Position numbers and translations under genes: made by a program
Notes under the pieces: generated by a model
The model's input: the letters and a program-made list of their open reading frames with translations, nothing else
Databases searched by the model: none
What the model was told of the DNA's origin: nothing
DNA from: Tubiluchus corallicola
Lineage: Eukaryota; Animalia; Priapulida
DNA length: 64,000 nucleotides
Reading direction: 5' to 3'
NCBI GenBank assembly: GCA_030141605.1
Contig: JAQGDQ010000083.1
Span: forward strand, 496,001 to 560,000
Part shown: in pieces, positions 13,245 through 27,889 of the stretch
How the letters are laid out: each line of letters begins with the position of its first letter
Numbering within the stretch: the stretch's first letter is position 1

Positions 13245-14354
13245 GTTTATTGGATTGTAACCTAAATTATTTTAATTATGGACTTTTGAATTAAACACCA
13301 GTTATCGACCAAATCAATCTTGCATCGTTGTTTCTGACATCGCTTCTGTACTCTGTTACTTTTGTTTATTTCAATTTTAAGGGTTAACTAATAAATTACT
13401 TGTGTTTTTGAAACAAATATCTACGTAACTATATTCTTGATAACCAGTTATATAATATATATATATGTTCTCAACTAAAATGTATTTAGTAATATCACTG
13501 TATGTCAATCCACTTAAAAGCAATAAAGTTTATATAATTATTTGCTTGAGAACTATAGTAACACGGAAGTAACATTTTCTGTTTTTATTTCTAGTTTTTT
13601 AATTTTTTAATTTATTTTGTTCCAGAATAAAATAAATAACAGAACAAATTTGAACGAGTACAATAAGTTCTAATGCTTTAAATAGTCTAATATACCAATT
13701 TCTATTGTAACGTTGGTGATTTGCGTCACTTCACAAATTTTCTAAAGTGTATATAGCAAATAACTCGTGATTAGCTCTACATCGTTTTTGCGGTCGCCCT
13801 TTTTACAAGAGAATCTCGCAAATTTCTGCTTCTGTTTCTGCTAAATTTAAGTCCCTGTATCTGACGGATTTTCTCAGAATTACGACTTTCTGAGAAATGT
13901 TCAAATTTTTACAGACGCGTGTAATCGAATTAAGAATTATTCTCACACCCACATGATCTGCTGATGAACAAGTAGAAAAACCTTTAATTCTTTCTGCTTT
14001 TTTCCTGAAATTCAGGATGAACTGCTAAAAAGATGATTTAAAAAATGGCGTATTAAACGAAACATTGCAGATATTGCAAAAGCGTCATAGTTTGAAATTG
14101 CGCTGATGACATTTCGATAAATCCACGAAACAGGTATTCGAAATCCTTCTCAGCGTCCTGAAAGTGTGCAGCTAATAATCCTTTTGAAATTCGCTTACAG
14201 TTCGCCGCTGAAATAAAATAATTGGCCGGCTGATGTAATGCAAATAATTGGTTTGCTGTATACATGAATGCTAGCTCAAGTCACATTGATTACAAATTGA
14301 AAAACTTGAAATAGCGTGTTGTATATTGATAAGAAAGGCAGAAAGAAAAAGAGA

Positions 14355-14540
<186 letters not shown>

Positions 14541-14881
14541 CAATTCTTTTATACAACCTCAATTTGAAGGTACATATATCTACACACATGACAAATCAAC
14601 ATAACTATTTGCAATTGTTTACATAAAAGCTGAGTGGCAGAATACAAAGTTAAGAACCATTATTGTATACAAAATTAGTACTACAAAAGAGTTTTGCGAA
14701 CAAAATTCGGTGTTCCATAGCAGGGGGAGAGAGGAGGGAGGAGGAAGGGAGTTATGATAATAAAAAGGATAAAGAAACAAAGAGACAGAAAAACAAAGAA
14801 TGTGAGAGAGAGACAGATGCAGCGAAAGAGGAGACGGAGAGAGAAAATACATAGAGAAAAGAAGGGAGAGGGAGGCAGAAA

Positions 14882-14911
14882 GTGTGTGTGTGTGTGTGTG
14901 TGCGTGCGTGC

Positions 14912-14955
<44 letters not shown>

Positions 14956-14977
14956 GTGTGAGGGAGAGAGAGAGAGA
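14882..14977. repeat. (TG)n/(TGCG)n microsatellite
   Basis: Seen directly. Confidence 0.97.
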
Positions 14978-15723
14978 TTGGTGAGAAACAAAGAAAAAAG
15001 ATGGAGATCATGTGAAAAACAGGGGCAAAAAGTTTGAAAAAAGAAAAAACTGTTGAAGGTTTGATCTGTATGGATTCTATTACTCTACAGTTTTGTATAG
15101 AATGTGTTACGCATAAACAAGTTTATTATAGCAATAAAATATATGTAGTTTAGTTAGTGTTATATGGTAACTATGCACAAGGCAGGTGTGTATACATATA
15201 TGCATCCATTCACAAACCAACGCATAATGCGTTACTTCTGAGTTATTGAATGCCGCATTAGCGATAGTCTTTACTACATACAATAAATTAATGTGTGCGT
15301 CACTACATTACCGAAACATCACGATATCAATAAACGGACACGTATTACAATAACTAAGCTTATTTAGAGAAGTAACTAGAACTAATGGAATGAGTCGATT
15401 CAGCTGTGTTGAGACTATGGCAAAAAGTATGGTTGGGTCTGATGGTCAGTTACAAATGATTTAGAATCGTTCGACTTGTGCTTGCCCATTGTTTAACTGT
15501 GAATCCTAGACAGCTTAACAGAACAAAAGCAAACAAATTTATGGAACAATGCCATGAAAAGGGATAATGATGATACGTAAAAAATTATAGGTTTACGTTT
15601 GATCTTTCGTGATAATATTATGGCTATTAAAATATGTCTAAAGCAATTAGTTAATAAAGGAGGGCGAATATGTGAATTTTGTAAACCAAAATAGATTAAT
15701 ACAGGACGAGGAAGAATTTAATA

Positions 15724-15870
15724 CAACAATAACAACAACTACTACTACTACTGCTACTACTGCTGCTATTGCTACTGCTGCTGCTGGTGTTGCTGCTGCT
15801 ACTACTACTACTGCTGCTACTGCTGGTGTTGCTGCTGCTATTGCTACTGCTGCTGCTGGTGTTGCTGCTG

Positions 15871-15959
<89 letters not shown>

Positions 15960-16190
15960 ACTGCTACTGCTACTGCTACTGCTGCCACTGCCACTGCTGC
16001 TGCTACTGCTACTGCTGCTGCTACTGCCGCTACTACTATTACTACTACTGCTACTACTACTACTACTGATGGTGGTGGTGGTGATGATGATGATGATGAT
16101 AATGCTGCTGCTGCTGATGATGATGATGACGATGACAACGATAATGATGATATGATGATAATGATGTTGATGATGGCGATGATGATTACT
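15724..16190. repeat. Compound (GCT)/(ACT)/(GAT) trinucleotide repeat
   Basis: Seen directly; it explains the poly-Ala/Thr/Leu ORFs. Confidence 0.95.
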
Positions 16191-16837
16191 GTTGCCCGCT
16201 CAGGCTCAATGTATCAATAGCATTATCATTTATAGAGTAAGATATTCCTAGAAAAAATATCTCTCCTAATAATCCAGCAAACCAAGGTAATACAAATTTA
16301 ACATTCGTGGGCTTATAGTGCTTATATGTACCTAACCTAAGTTTTGAGTTAACATTTTGACAAAGAAACCTTGTCAATTCTCCTTTCTACGAAAACCTTG
16401 TGTGGATATTGAATTATGAGCAGTTGCAAAATTGTTAATAGACTGGTTGAATGACCGATTCACTGACCAGCTGGACAACGAACTTATCAAAAAGACAAGC
16501 TGCTCTTTCTTTTTTGCACAGGTTGCCATACCAAAGCTGCTGTTTGTGACCCTCTAGTTAAAACAAATGAAATAGAACTGCTAAGACTGTGATTCATCAC
16601 ACAATGGCGGGAACTAGTTATATTTGGCTGTCAGTTTTACTGGAAGGATCAGTGAAGTAAATCCAGGGAATTACAGCAAGTAATAGAGTAATTTCCAACG
16701 ATCAGTCAGCATTACGGAACGTGGTGTAAGTTAATAACGCAACCTAAAATCTACTGCTTTCTTGAACTTTGTAATCTTAAGGAATAAATCTGTCATCTTG
16801 AAGAAGAAAATTAGGACCCGTTCATGCGTAACGTATT

Positions 16838-17131
16838 TTGAGCGATGCGTAAAATATAACGCGTTTGTAAATGTCGCCAAAACAAGGCTCCAGGTGTAGG
16901 AAACACTTATTGAGCAATGCGTAAAGCATAGCGCGTATACACTGGTTGCCGAACTAGTCTACATGTACGCGCGCATACATGTACATGGTGCGCTGAGCGA
17001 TGCGTAAAATGTAACGCGTTTTTAAATGTCGCCAAAACTAGGCTCCAGGTATAGGAAACACATTTTGAGCAATGCGTAAAGCATAGCGCGTATACACTGG
17101 TTGCCGAACTAGTCTACATGTACGCGCGCAT
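16838..17131. repeat. ~156-bp tandem duplication (2 copies), CpG-rich
   Basis: tgagcgatgcgtaaaat...gaactagtctacatgtacgcgcgcat occurs at ~16838 and ~16994. Confidence 0.9.
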
Positions 17132-18467
17132 GCGCGATGAGCGGTGCGTAAAGCGCAACCGTACGCATATGCGTATAAAAAGGTTGCCAAGCTTGGCTCC
17201 ATGTCGTACAGAGTAACGTATATGTTACAAAGGTCTTTTGACCTGTACTTGTACCTCAACGGCAGATGTTCAAGCTGAGGCTCACAATCAGGCCAACGTA
17301 TCGTAAAATACTCGCACATAGTCACTAGGAAAATAGCTGAATTTTCTAACCTTTGATAAGTAATTTATAGGCAATCTTGAAGAATAAACACTAACTATTA
17401 CAGAGCCCATATATGACTATAATACATCTAGATAGACCTATCAAGTAATATTAGCAGAAATAGCAGACATAATGTCCACTATTTACCGAACTAAATGATC
17501 ATTCAACCCTTTAACTGCATCGAGTATTTGGTTTAGCTAGCCATGATAGGGCAGCATCCATGTTACAATATTAATTTCACTAAAAGAGAGTTTTTCTAAA
17601 TTAATAATTCTCATGCACAAAATACATATTCGTCAGACATCGTCTTATACGAAATTGAGCATGAATTATACACTATTTCTATCATATAATGCTCTTTTTT
17701 ATCCGACTACCTCGTGTTCGTGAATCAGGTCTACCACGTTGGTGGTTCAGTGAATTCATCAATAGATATTTGTAATTCATCAATGTATAAAGAGTTAACC
17801 GAAGCAGTTTACTGCAAAATGGGCAATTCTTTTGGTACAGATGCGCACGCAGGGATATTATTTGCAATAACAATGATCTTCTTTTGGATAATACTTATTA
17901 TTCTCCTTTTTCATATTTATTTTATGTCTACAAACTATTTGGTAACACTGTTAGCGACTTCCACAAGCATCTTCGAATATCATTTAAAATAGGCAAAACG
18001 CAACAACACTTTCAGCAGCCGATCGGCAGAGACTAACTCTCACACCGACCGTTGAAAAACAAAATAAATTTCTTTAACTGCAAATAATTTACGAATTTTG
18101 AGGGAAAATAAAAGTTTGCCATAATAAAATGAATAGTTTATCAGCAGCGAAGATTTGCAGGAAGCTGAAATTGTGTAAAATCTGCGAAAGCCGCTTAGCA
18201 GATCTATTTTTTTGTGAAAACGCTCAACGTGGAATAGCAGTTCTCTAAGCCTGTTATACGAAATTTAAATGCCTAAGTTTTATTCAGTTAAATCAAATTA
18301 ACAAAGCACGTAGTGACTTGTTACTTTTTGAATGCAGATGTTCATGAACTGGATGGTGTGTAAAATTCATGTATCCAAGCATTTTCGTCTTATTTTCGCC
18401 TTAAAGCAACTGTCACCTATATGCGGATTCCATTCACGGGAAAAGCTGTGGGAACGTTGCCCATACT

Positions 18468-18760
18468 GGATTGGATGGAATGGAAAAGGATGCAATGTGA
18501 TATGATGGGATGTGATGGGATGTAATGGAATGTGATGTGACGTGATAGTATGTAAATGGTGTGATGTGATGTGATGTGACCTGACGTGATGTGATGTGAT
18601 GTGGTGTGGTAAGACAGGATGGGATGTGATGTGATATGGTGTTATGTGATGTGAAGTGGTATGGTGTGATGTAATGTGATCTGACCTAACGTGATGGAAT
18701 GTGATTGATGTGAAGAGATGAGGTGGGAGGGTTTGGAATGGAACGGGTTGGGATGAGATG
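18468..18760. repeat. Degenerate (TGTGA)n pentanucleotide repeat
   Basis: Seen directly; a similar tract lies at ~33215-33360. Confidence 0.85.
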
Positions 18761-20028
18761 TATTATTGTGCCCTAAAAAGTAATGTGTTTTGTTCAAAAT
18801 GTTGCAAAAATGATGAACCACGAAAATTCCCATGAGAATGACATTATTATTAATGTTTCAGATCCCATGTCGTATTCTAATAATGAGCCTTTAAAATTTG
18901 TTGGCAATTATTGATTTTCAAACATGTTAAAAGTTTTGAGTTAAGATTAAGATATTAAAAGTTTGGCGAAGAACTGCTGGTGAACTCAAAGTAAACATAA
19001 AGGTTTGAAATTCTGAGATAAATGCTTACTACGTCACTTTAACTAGTTATGATGCTTCTGCAACTTTCTTTCTGAATTATACCATGTAAATGGATAAATA
19101 AACAAAGCTTGTTGCAGTAAAATCTAGTCTATTTTTGTTTTTTAAATCAATGTTTGGACATCCAAGAATATATAAAATATGTCCTCTTTAAGAATAGCCA
19201 AAATTACAATATGCACAATCTAGATTAAAAAACAGATGACTCCAAATTCAAATGCCTTAATTATTTCTATGTCATTACTTCCCTTCAAGAATAAAAATTT
19301 ATCAGCATCGCTCATAAGGAGAAATTCTGGTATAATTACATTGATGTGATTATACAATTTATGATAGGCAACGATAAATACATGTGCGATAAAGTAGCAA
19401 AAAACGTACTACTTTGATATGCTAGTATGTTTCGCACTGTATATGCCTCTCTAAACGTACGTGAGGAGTGCTTGTTAGAAGATTGAAATGACGTCACCGA
19501 GAAGCGCATTAACTCTACACAGTAATGGCATCTTGACTAAGAAAGCCATCGTCCACGCCGTAAGTATATTAAGAGTTGACTCCATTAGCTCAAAGAATGC
19601 ATTAAGGGCAGTCGAAGCCGCTCATTCAGTCATTCTGCTCTAGGTGATCGGATCGTGACGTTTATAGCATAAATTTAACCAGAGAAAACGTCTTGAATGC
19701 GTATGATTATAGTCAGTCACGATTGCTGTGATTTAGCTAGATAAACTGTAAAATGTTCATTCAAATGACACGTTTTTACAAGTGTTAAAACCTAGTCATT
19801 CAAGATTATGGTTCACTATCTTTATCAAGTTAAAACACATGCTCTTTTTGTCTGGTCTTTCGCTATGTAGACCCTATTAGAAGAATTGAGACAGTTCCAT
19901 TACTACCTCTTGCCCCTCTTTTAAAAATTAAGACCCCGACACAGGCTCATCCTCAGGGTAATGGGTATGAATTATTTAAAATGTGCAAGTTGGACACAAT
20001 TTTACTCAGCATTAATGTCATGATAGTC

Positions 20029-20062
<34 letters not shown>

Positions 20063-20829
20063 CAATGGCAGTGACGACGACAGGGATAATGCTGACTGTT
20101 ACGATGTTAACATTCCATACGAGCATTCAGACAAAAGCAACTCACGGCTTAATCTCATCCTGTGAGTGAACCAGTCAACCAACTGCCCAGGTAGGCAGTA
20201 AACTAGCCAGTCACCAACAAACTACCTAATTAACCAACTAACTAACTAACCACCCAACCAACCAATCGAGCAGCCAACAAACTATTTAACAAACACGTTA
20301 ACTAATTAACTAATAGCTAATTCCCATTTGACTGATTGGTTGCTTGACTGAATGAATGACTGGCTAAGCAGCCAACAAATTACCGAGTAGACTCGTAACT
20401 AACCAATTATTCACTCACTGTTAGCTAGCTAGCCTGTTAGGTAGTTAGTTGGCTAGCCACGTGGAGCTACCAGCCAGCTAACCAACTAACCAATCAAACA
20501 AAGAACCAAAAAACAACATGCGTGGCTGCTCCTTAAGCAGAAAGATAGTTATCTAGTAAACTGGCCGAGAATGTATTTAATTAATTAAGTAATTAATTAA
20601 CTAAGTGACTTGATTACTTAACTGACTTACTAGCGGTTTTGTATTCTTGGTAGTATTGGCATCATTGATAGATTAGAATTCTGTGTAGCTTAGAAAGCTT
20701 TCTGTATGACAGTTTGGCGAAAATAATGGAATGGATTGATATAAATGAGTGTGTGGGGCATGTTGGAAGAGGAGTCATTTAGGTGCATAAAAGTGTATCA
20801 GTATTTCGCCCGCTGTTGGAGCATCTGCG

Positions 20830-21121
20830 AAATTTTTCAAGCCAAACTGTTTGTCGCAAAGCTTCTGGTCGAAAGATGTATGGTCAGGATCATAGGACCC
20901 GATATTTAAAGAAGTTTATGGTGGCCTTTTGGCCCATTTAATTGACCCAAAGATTTCATCTTTCACTTGTACGTCGCCCATCAATAGAAAATGTTTTGGG
21001 TTGTAAGGACAAAAGTCAAGGTCACGGGACCAAATACTTGAAGAAGATTTGTGACTCAAAGATATGACCTGCTGTTGTCGTGAGGGGATGCTCTGCTTTG
21101 CAGTAAACTGGTTGACTAGTT
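20830..21121 (+). mobile_element. Partial HINE/Helentron-like element (3' part)
   Basis: Contains the gtcaaggtcac motif and ends gactagttt, like the element at 12235-13244. SubTIRs were not resolved. Confidence 0.35.
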
Positions 21122-21825
21122 TGAATAGCTTATTTTACACACTGTTGTATTTACTTTTGGGCAGCCCAAGAATCTGTTAGACAAGAACATTTCGCGTTGA
21201 CCTAGACGTACGCATAAGAGCAGAAAAACTAATCGCGCAAAAGGTTATTCATGTGTTTTTACCAGAACCAAACGCTAGACGCAAGAAGCTTAGAATAGAT
21301 GCAATACTCAGTATGAAGACGTTTGGCATAAGTTAATCATGTCCAGTGCCGTGGACCACGAACAGTCAATATTGCACGAAGATTCCACATATTGCAGGTT
21401 TTGTTCTGTTTAATGGGATTTACCGGCGGTTGAAAAAGTATCTCTTTCTGCCAGAAGCCTCGCTCAGCTTTTAACCTATTGAAATTGCAACATGTAATGC
21501 GATTAACCGCTATTGAGAGGAAACGGTTTGAATTTCTTTAGGATGTAACTCTCTAAGTGCTGAGAGAGCTGACATTTTACTGCTTCGTTTTGCAAGGCGT
21601 ACTTCCTTGGAATAATAAGTTAACAAACGTCAGCGGTTAAAACTGCACGAATCCTCTGTGATGGTGGATTCGTTTATTGACATTTCTCGTTTTCTACAAA
21701 AACGGCGTCACAATCTTGCACACGAGTTGACTTGACGACTTGGTGTTTGTCAAGGTCACTGTTAGTACAACTTTGACTGTCTATGCTTGACTGACTCCTT
21801 GCGGAAGACAAATGACGGCAAAATG

Positions 21826-22396
21826 CAAACGAAAACAGGATAATATTATTTATATCTGATTTTGAAGTACGGTGACGTGTGTAAATTCTAACACCTATAA
21901 TAACACCAAAATTTTCCTGATAATTTAATAATGGTTTAAAAACTTAACCATGGGCCAAGGACCCTAACTATTGACGACATCACGAAAAAAACAGAAAATT
22001 TCAACTGCACAATCATATCACGAGCGTGTTGCACTTGTTTGCGAAAGTGAAAATTGACCGACATTCAAATTAAAATTCAAAATGTTTAATGTGATCTAGA
22101 AAAACTCGGCAAATTCTAAATTTAAAATTTAAATTTTAAGTGCACAGGTCACAATTGGACACTACTCTGAAAAATTTTAAGTACAGCGCGTTCCCGAGAT
22201 GCAGGTGCTGGTACCCATCTACTAAAATGACAAAATGCACGTGGCAGCGAAGAGGTAGCCCCGCGAGATTACGTTACTGCGGTAATAGTTCTTTCATGTA
22301 AGTCATTCTTGAAAAAAAAACAGTATGTTACCTTTTAATATTTTAAAGGGTAGATTGTTTGGTATATAGTTTAAGATTAGGCCGATTTTCCTTTAA
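21826..22396 (-). mobile_element. Family B Kolobok-like MITE, copy 2 (near full-length)
   Basis: Starts gaaaacagga and ends gattttcctttaa. Reverse-complement match to 8683-9200 and 41925-42317. Confidence 0.65.
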
Positions 22397-22699
22397 CTAT
22401 TAAAATTTCAATTGTTTTAGTTTTGCAAATTGATTCTTTCTTGGTTTAATGAACTATTAACACCAAGTTTTTAAACAAAAGCTTTGAATTTAATTTCGAG
22501 ATGTTCTTTGGTAAAGGAAACACTTAGGTTTGAGTGTCTGCAGGTGTGGCGTCTTTACAAATATATGGTTTACTCGCGGATCGTAGGGTCACATGAATGC
22601 TTGTCTATTGGGCGTTTAGGCCAGATGTGCAGATTCGATTTACAAACTTTAACATAATTTAGTATATTACTTGAGAAACTGATTGGTGGTGGGGAAAAC

Positions 22700-22960
22700 G
22701 AATTCCTAAAATGAAAACCAGCACCCAGTTAAGCAAAGACGTGGCTTTTATTCATACACAACGTCTACAACCTTTCGACACGGTTAAGGTCATGAGTATA
22801 GCGCTGAGTTGTCTGACAGTAGGTCGGTTGCTATTGGCAAACCTGAAATCAGTGCCATACTCACGACCTTAACTGTGTCGAAACGTTGCACATATTGTGC
22901 CTGAATAAAAGACATGTCTTTGCTTAAATAAGTGCCGGTCGTTATATTCATTTTAAAATT
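22700..22960. mobile_element. Inverted duplication (~105-bp arms, ~40-bp spacer), probably Penelope-like terminal repeats
   Basis: Left arm ttaagcaaagacgtggcttttattca...tttcgacacggttaaggtcatgagtatagcgctga pairs with right arm tcagtgccatactcacgaccttaactgtgtcgaaacgtt...tgaataaaagacatgtctttgcttaa. The cgaaacgtt...aataaa layout is typical of PLE repeats. Confidence 0.6.
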
Positions 22961-23989
22961 TTGCATATGTTTTATCAGCAAAAATTATTTCCCAGTGTTA
23001 CCTCTAAGTAGCGTAGCTCAGCGTATTTAAATCACTTTTAGAACAGCTTGCTTACAAAATTTTAGTTTTAATTTTGCGTTTGGAAAAGATTTTTGCAGTC
23101 ACCAAGCTGGCAGTGACGAAATTATGCGGTGTTTATCTTTGGAGAAGACAAATCAAATTAGTCAGAACCAGCATCATAAATCACAAGCAGCAGAATCTGT
23201 TTTGTTGTTCGTGAAGCAATTCTGCCCACTCACTTTATGTTCTTACTAGGCTTTTAGTACGCATTCTGTTTCGAGGCAAAATAGCATTTTTATTGAACTA
23301 TATAAAATTTATTTGTGTTTTATGTCAATTTTATTGGTGTAGCTGCATGGGCCGGGATGCTCGGTCGTTATTTTCTGCTGAAATATAATTTGGAACATGG
23401 TAGGAAGCCAAAGACAACAACGGTCAACTTCAACAACATACGACGAAATTATCTTAAAAACCTTTTTGGGCACTTCATACTAAAATTAGCAATTTTTGAT
23501 TTAAAAAATCCAGCACTGCAATCCAAAACAGCTCGTTTCACTTCGCCAACAGACAGAAGTCGCTTAAGATATTGAGTTTATTTTGCTGTCATCACTTAGA
23601 CTTTGAAAAATACATCAACGAAATTTGCAATAAACTGTCTGTGAATCACAAGGCTAACTGATACTAGTTATCTCTGTATGGAAATTTTCAGGCGCGGTGG
23701 TAGCCGCCATTCACTTGAAAATCGTGACGTCATCTGGTGGACTTCGTGACGATATAAGCCAAACTTCCCAGAAGGTTTGGTCTTTCCTTTAATAGAGAAC
23801 AGCCTCATTATTTAAGTTGTTAGTGCGAAATGACACATTCAAATTCAATATTCTGTGATTATCTAACTTTCGTGTAACAGACAGGTCAGTAAATTTCGCG
23901 CCTTAAGATTGCCTATCGTTTATCAATGATTTTCGCGCCTTAAGATTTCACGCCATTTGTCTTGGATCACTGGCTCAATGGGCTTTAAA

Positions 23990-24690
23990 CAGGAGGTGTT
24001 ATTGGCGGTTGGTGGTTTGAATATACGGGAACATTTTGGTTGTCGGTAGTGTGTGAGAAAATGTATTTACATTGGGTTTTTTGCTAGATATTTGATTTGT
24101 TAATATTAATGTGCCTGAACCTTAACTCTCAAGACTAGGGCAATGATGTAAGTAATAATTATATTTAGTAAAGTAATTTGAATTGTGTTTAGTAACTTGA
24201 AACGTAATTAGAGTGTGTGGTAGGAAATTTAATTAGTCTAGAAAAGGTTTCAGATGATTTGTGATGCAGAATATTGGCAGTATATATTACTTTCTGGACT
24301 TTTTTAATATTGTATGTCCATAACGACAGCTTCATTTTCATATTGTAAGTTTCAGCATGTCAGACAATAGCACATTTGCTTTAAATGTTCTGTGTAGTTT
24401 GTTTCTTGTCATTTCTTTACTTGTTTTTTTTTTGTTTAGAATAAACAACTATGCAACCTAAGATGTTTTCTTGTACCCGTTACATTTCATATTACAAATC
24501 ACCATTCCATTCCATAAAGTTTCAGTTTTATTCTTCAAGATAATTTGCCCACAAACGCCAAAAGTTGAACTGATGTCATCTGCCATACATCACAAAATAA
24601 ATCAATTCCTTAGTAAGTCAGTGAAGAAAGAAGTTTCTCTATTCAATTTCCCTTATAGACTCTTTCTAGCAACATAATTTTACTTCATGG
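23990..24690 (-). mobile_element. Highly decayed LINE RT remnant
   Basis: On the minus strand, atgtatggcagatgacatc resembles a frameshifted MYADD, followed by LKNKTE (LNxxKT-like). Many stops. Confidence 0.3.
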
Positions 24691-26154
24691 ATGAAAAACT
24701 CATTACTTGGCGAATATTACAGCAACAACTGTTTGTTAACTTCACAAAACGATTTGAAGGATATTTCAGGACAATTTAACTCCTTGATTACCTGATCAAA
24801 GCGTCAAGTTAATGTTTAGTAGTATTTTGTCAACACCTTAGCGGCTGGTGTTTCAAATTCGTACACTAATTGAAGCTACGTTCTTCAAAACACAGCAGCC
24901 ATCAATGCTTGGTTAGTTTTCCACTAAGAGGTGGAAGATAGCAGATAGGTATAATATTTAATCTATAATCTATAATAAGCTATAATAGTTACTAATATAG
25001 ACTAAGCTTCTTAACACCTTACTTTCTTATAATCATGTATATAGAGTACACTTATAATTTCGTGCCTTTTTAATACATTGTAATTATATCATATGATCAG
25101 AATATATAACAAAGAGAAAAGACAATTTTTAGTTTCTTGTTGATGAGAAAAACGGAACCTTACGCTAAAGGAAAAGATTTATAAGAAAATCATGTCTTTT
25201 TAAAACCGCCGATGCTCTTTTTTTTGGATTCCTTGTTCTAAACTGCCAAAAAACATCAAAATGTAATACTAGACGGATTATAAGTAACTCTGGCGCTTGA
25301 CATGTCGCAACAAACAGAATTTCTTGCAGAAAGAGGGCGGCACAAGTCATCACAATTCGCTTGGGAGTTGCTGAGCAAGATGCCGATGATGAAAATGGTG
25401 ATGATGATAATGATGACGACCATAGCTAGCGATCAAAGCGTGCTGGGATGTAAACCCTCATCTAAGAATTAGTTCACGCGTTACACTTTCGATGTAAGAG
25501 CCCTCTTCTGGCAACGCAAAAATTGGGTTCACTCCTTTACAACGACCCCAGTTTGCACATATTGCTAAAATGCGTAGAAGAAGGATTTTTGTACTTTTCG
25601 AGCGTATCCTTGCTTTTCATGGTGGAATGAACGCAATTTTCACCATTCCGTATCCAAGAAATCGTTGTTGCGTTCAGCTGCACAAGAGAAATGGCTGCTA
25701 TTACGTGTTAGCAAGAAAGATCGATGTCGTATATAGTTAAATAACATGGACTTTGTATTACTACGATACAAAAGCTTAAATTATGTACCCCGAATGTTAC
25801 ACATTACTGTATACATGTACATGTACATGTTATGAGTGTGACTCATAAGCGCCCAAAGAACAAATACCAAAATTTTCATAAAAATGAAAAACATGGAATG
25901 AAATAGTTTAACAAATGATGATACATAGCCACAATTAATTTGATTTTGAAAGTAGACCTTGAAAAACAGGAATGTTATCAAGTTGGAACACATTCTGGAA
26001 TAAGTAGGTATTATATTAGACTATAAATAATTGATGATTCAGCAAAGACATACAAGAGCACTCAGAATTGTAACATCGTGGCACGTGAATTACAATCTAG
26101 TGTGTGGCTATCTGATTTTAAATTCGAACACGAAATAATTTTGATGAATGAACA

Positions 26155-26615
26155 TTAAGTCACAAGAAAATACCCTTCATAAATGAAGCCTAAAAATTCA
26201 TTTTCAAATTTTATATAGCTTACATACTATCGTATTCCGCTCAGAGCATGCGTTAGCAGCAACGCTGCATGAAACGTGTCAATTCAATTTATTTAAACGC
26301 CCTATACAGGTAAGTCGTTTGAAACAAGTTTAGATAACATTGGGTAATGTTTGAAAAAATAATCAGAGCATTTGTAGCGCAACCCTCGCTAACTAAGAAA
26401 AACCTGAATTCATTGTATCTTGTCAAAATTAAAAACACGTTTTTTGGTGAGTCAGTGGTGCACACTTGGAAGGTGAGCCAGTAACATTTTAACAATTTCA
26501 AATTACTAAGGATTTTCTTTTCTAGTTACATAAGCCTTACAAACAGGTAAGCGTCAGGCAAAGTTGTACAACTTTGTGCGGAAAGTTTTTTTCGGGACGT
26601 ACTTAAATACCATTT
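26155..26615 (+). mobile_element. Family C Kolobok-like MITE, copy 3 (truncated)
   Basis: Begins ttaagtcacaagaaaa. Its internal part matches 9245-9560 (tttagataacatt...ggtgagccag...caggtaagcg). Confidence 0.65.
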
Positions 26616-26895
26616 TCTCCCCCTTTAATAAAACTATACAGCCACTCCAGTGCATTTTGTAATATTGGATGCCATGTGCGTTTACAATATTGTAGATATA
26701 AGTGTTTCACAAACTCATACAACTAACATGCCATTAGAAAACTAAGAAAAAGAGGTGAATTGCATTTATTATTTATTCTATCAGTCACAAAGTTTTGTAG
26801 AAAAAATCACGGTAAGTTTTAGCCAAAGATGATATCAAATAAAAGATAGACACAGACTCGCAATACAGAGATTCATGGTTTGGTAATCCTAGGGC
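26608..26895 (+). repeat. ~280-bp diverged direct repeat, copy 1
   Basis: Matches 27890-28166 (cccctttaataaa...ggatgccatgt...tttagccaaagatgatatcaaataaaa...tggtttggtaatcctagg). Confidence 0.85.
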
Positions 26896-27889
26896 AATCA
26901 GAAGTAGCTAGATGCTTTCGATTTGACGCGGTCAAGTTAAGCAACGTCAAGATTGGCTAACAAATAGATAGATGACTATCTGAAAAATAGAGTGTTGTCT
27001 TCTGCCCTGCCACGTCAGTTGTTTACCTCATTGAACGAAGATTTGACTCGCTTGATCATTTTAGACAATTATCCTTGATTACTAAATAGGCTCCGGTCCC
27101 TCCGTGGTGTTTACATTAAACAGAATGTTCAGCTGAATGCTGCATACCAACCTGCCGAACTGTATATTAAAATAATTAATGTCAAATTCATCACGCATTT
27201 TAAATTGCATTACGAAGCGTGCATTGTAATTGCAAATTACCAATGGCTCATGACTGGAAAATTAATAATCAGTTTAGCTTTCCGTGTAAAATAATAATAA
27301 ACCGCGTTCACAACGTTTAATTTGCTTTTTCATGTCAGCTGGGGGAATTGAGGGTCTTTCCGTGTAAAATTCTGTAAACGTTAGTTCATATAGACTCCGG
27401 TTTCTTTCACGAAGAAAACCTTAATAAATGCAATACAAGGATAATTTTTGTAGCAGTTTCTGATCTTGCACTTGGAGACGTGAGTTGCCATTTTACAAAC
27501 GATTATCTCCTGAACAGTAAATCCCACGGGCCATAAACAAGTAAATAATTCACGCTCAACGACTACGCGGCGCATTTGTACTAATCGTTTTGACACTCAA
27601 CACTGGCTTCGTCCATACATCTTCTACAACTACATGAATCAGTCAAGCATGAAATGAGCGCCAAGGAATCGGTGGCAAACGTAATACTAATTCCAGCGAG
27701 ATTGATTTGTGCTATTAACCGCCAGTCGATTGCTCACAAATTGGTTTCATTTAAATAAAGTTGTGGAAGTTGCAGGCGCTAAAACCAGTGTTAGAAGCTG
27801 AAATAACCATTTAGTGTGTTTACAATCTTCTTACACCTTGTTTTCATTTAGAAAAGAGGCTAGAGTTTTTGGGACTCACTTTTTAAAAT

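Noticed and set aside
15647-16220. Ala/Thr-rich antifreeze-glycoprotein-like ORF (15672-16220)
   Set aside because: It is a compound trinucleotide microsatellite open in several frames, with no signal peptide and no regular Thr-Ala-Ala periodicity.
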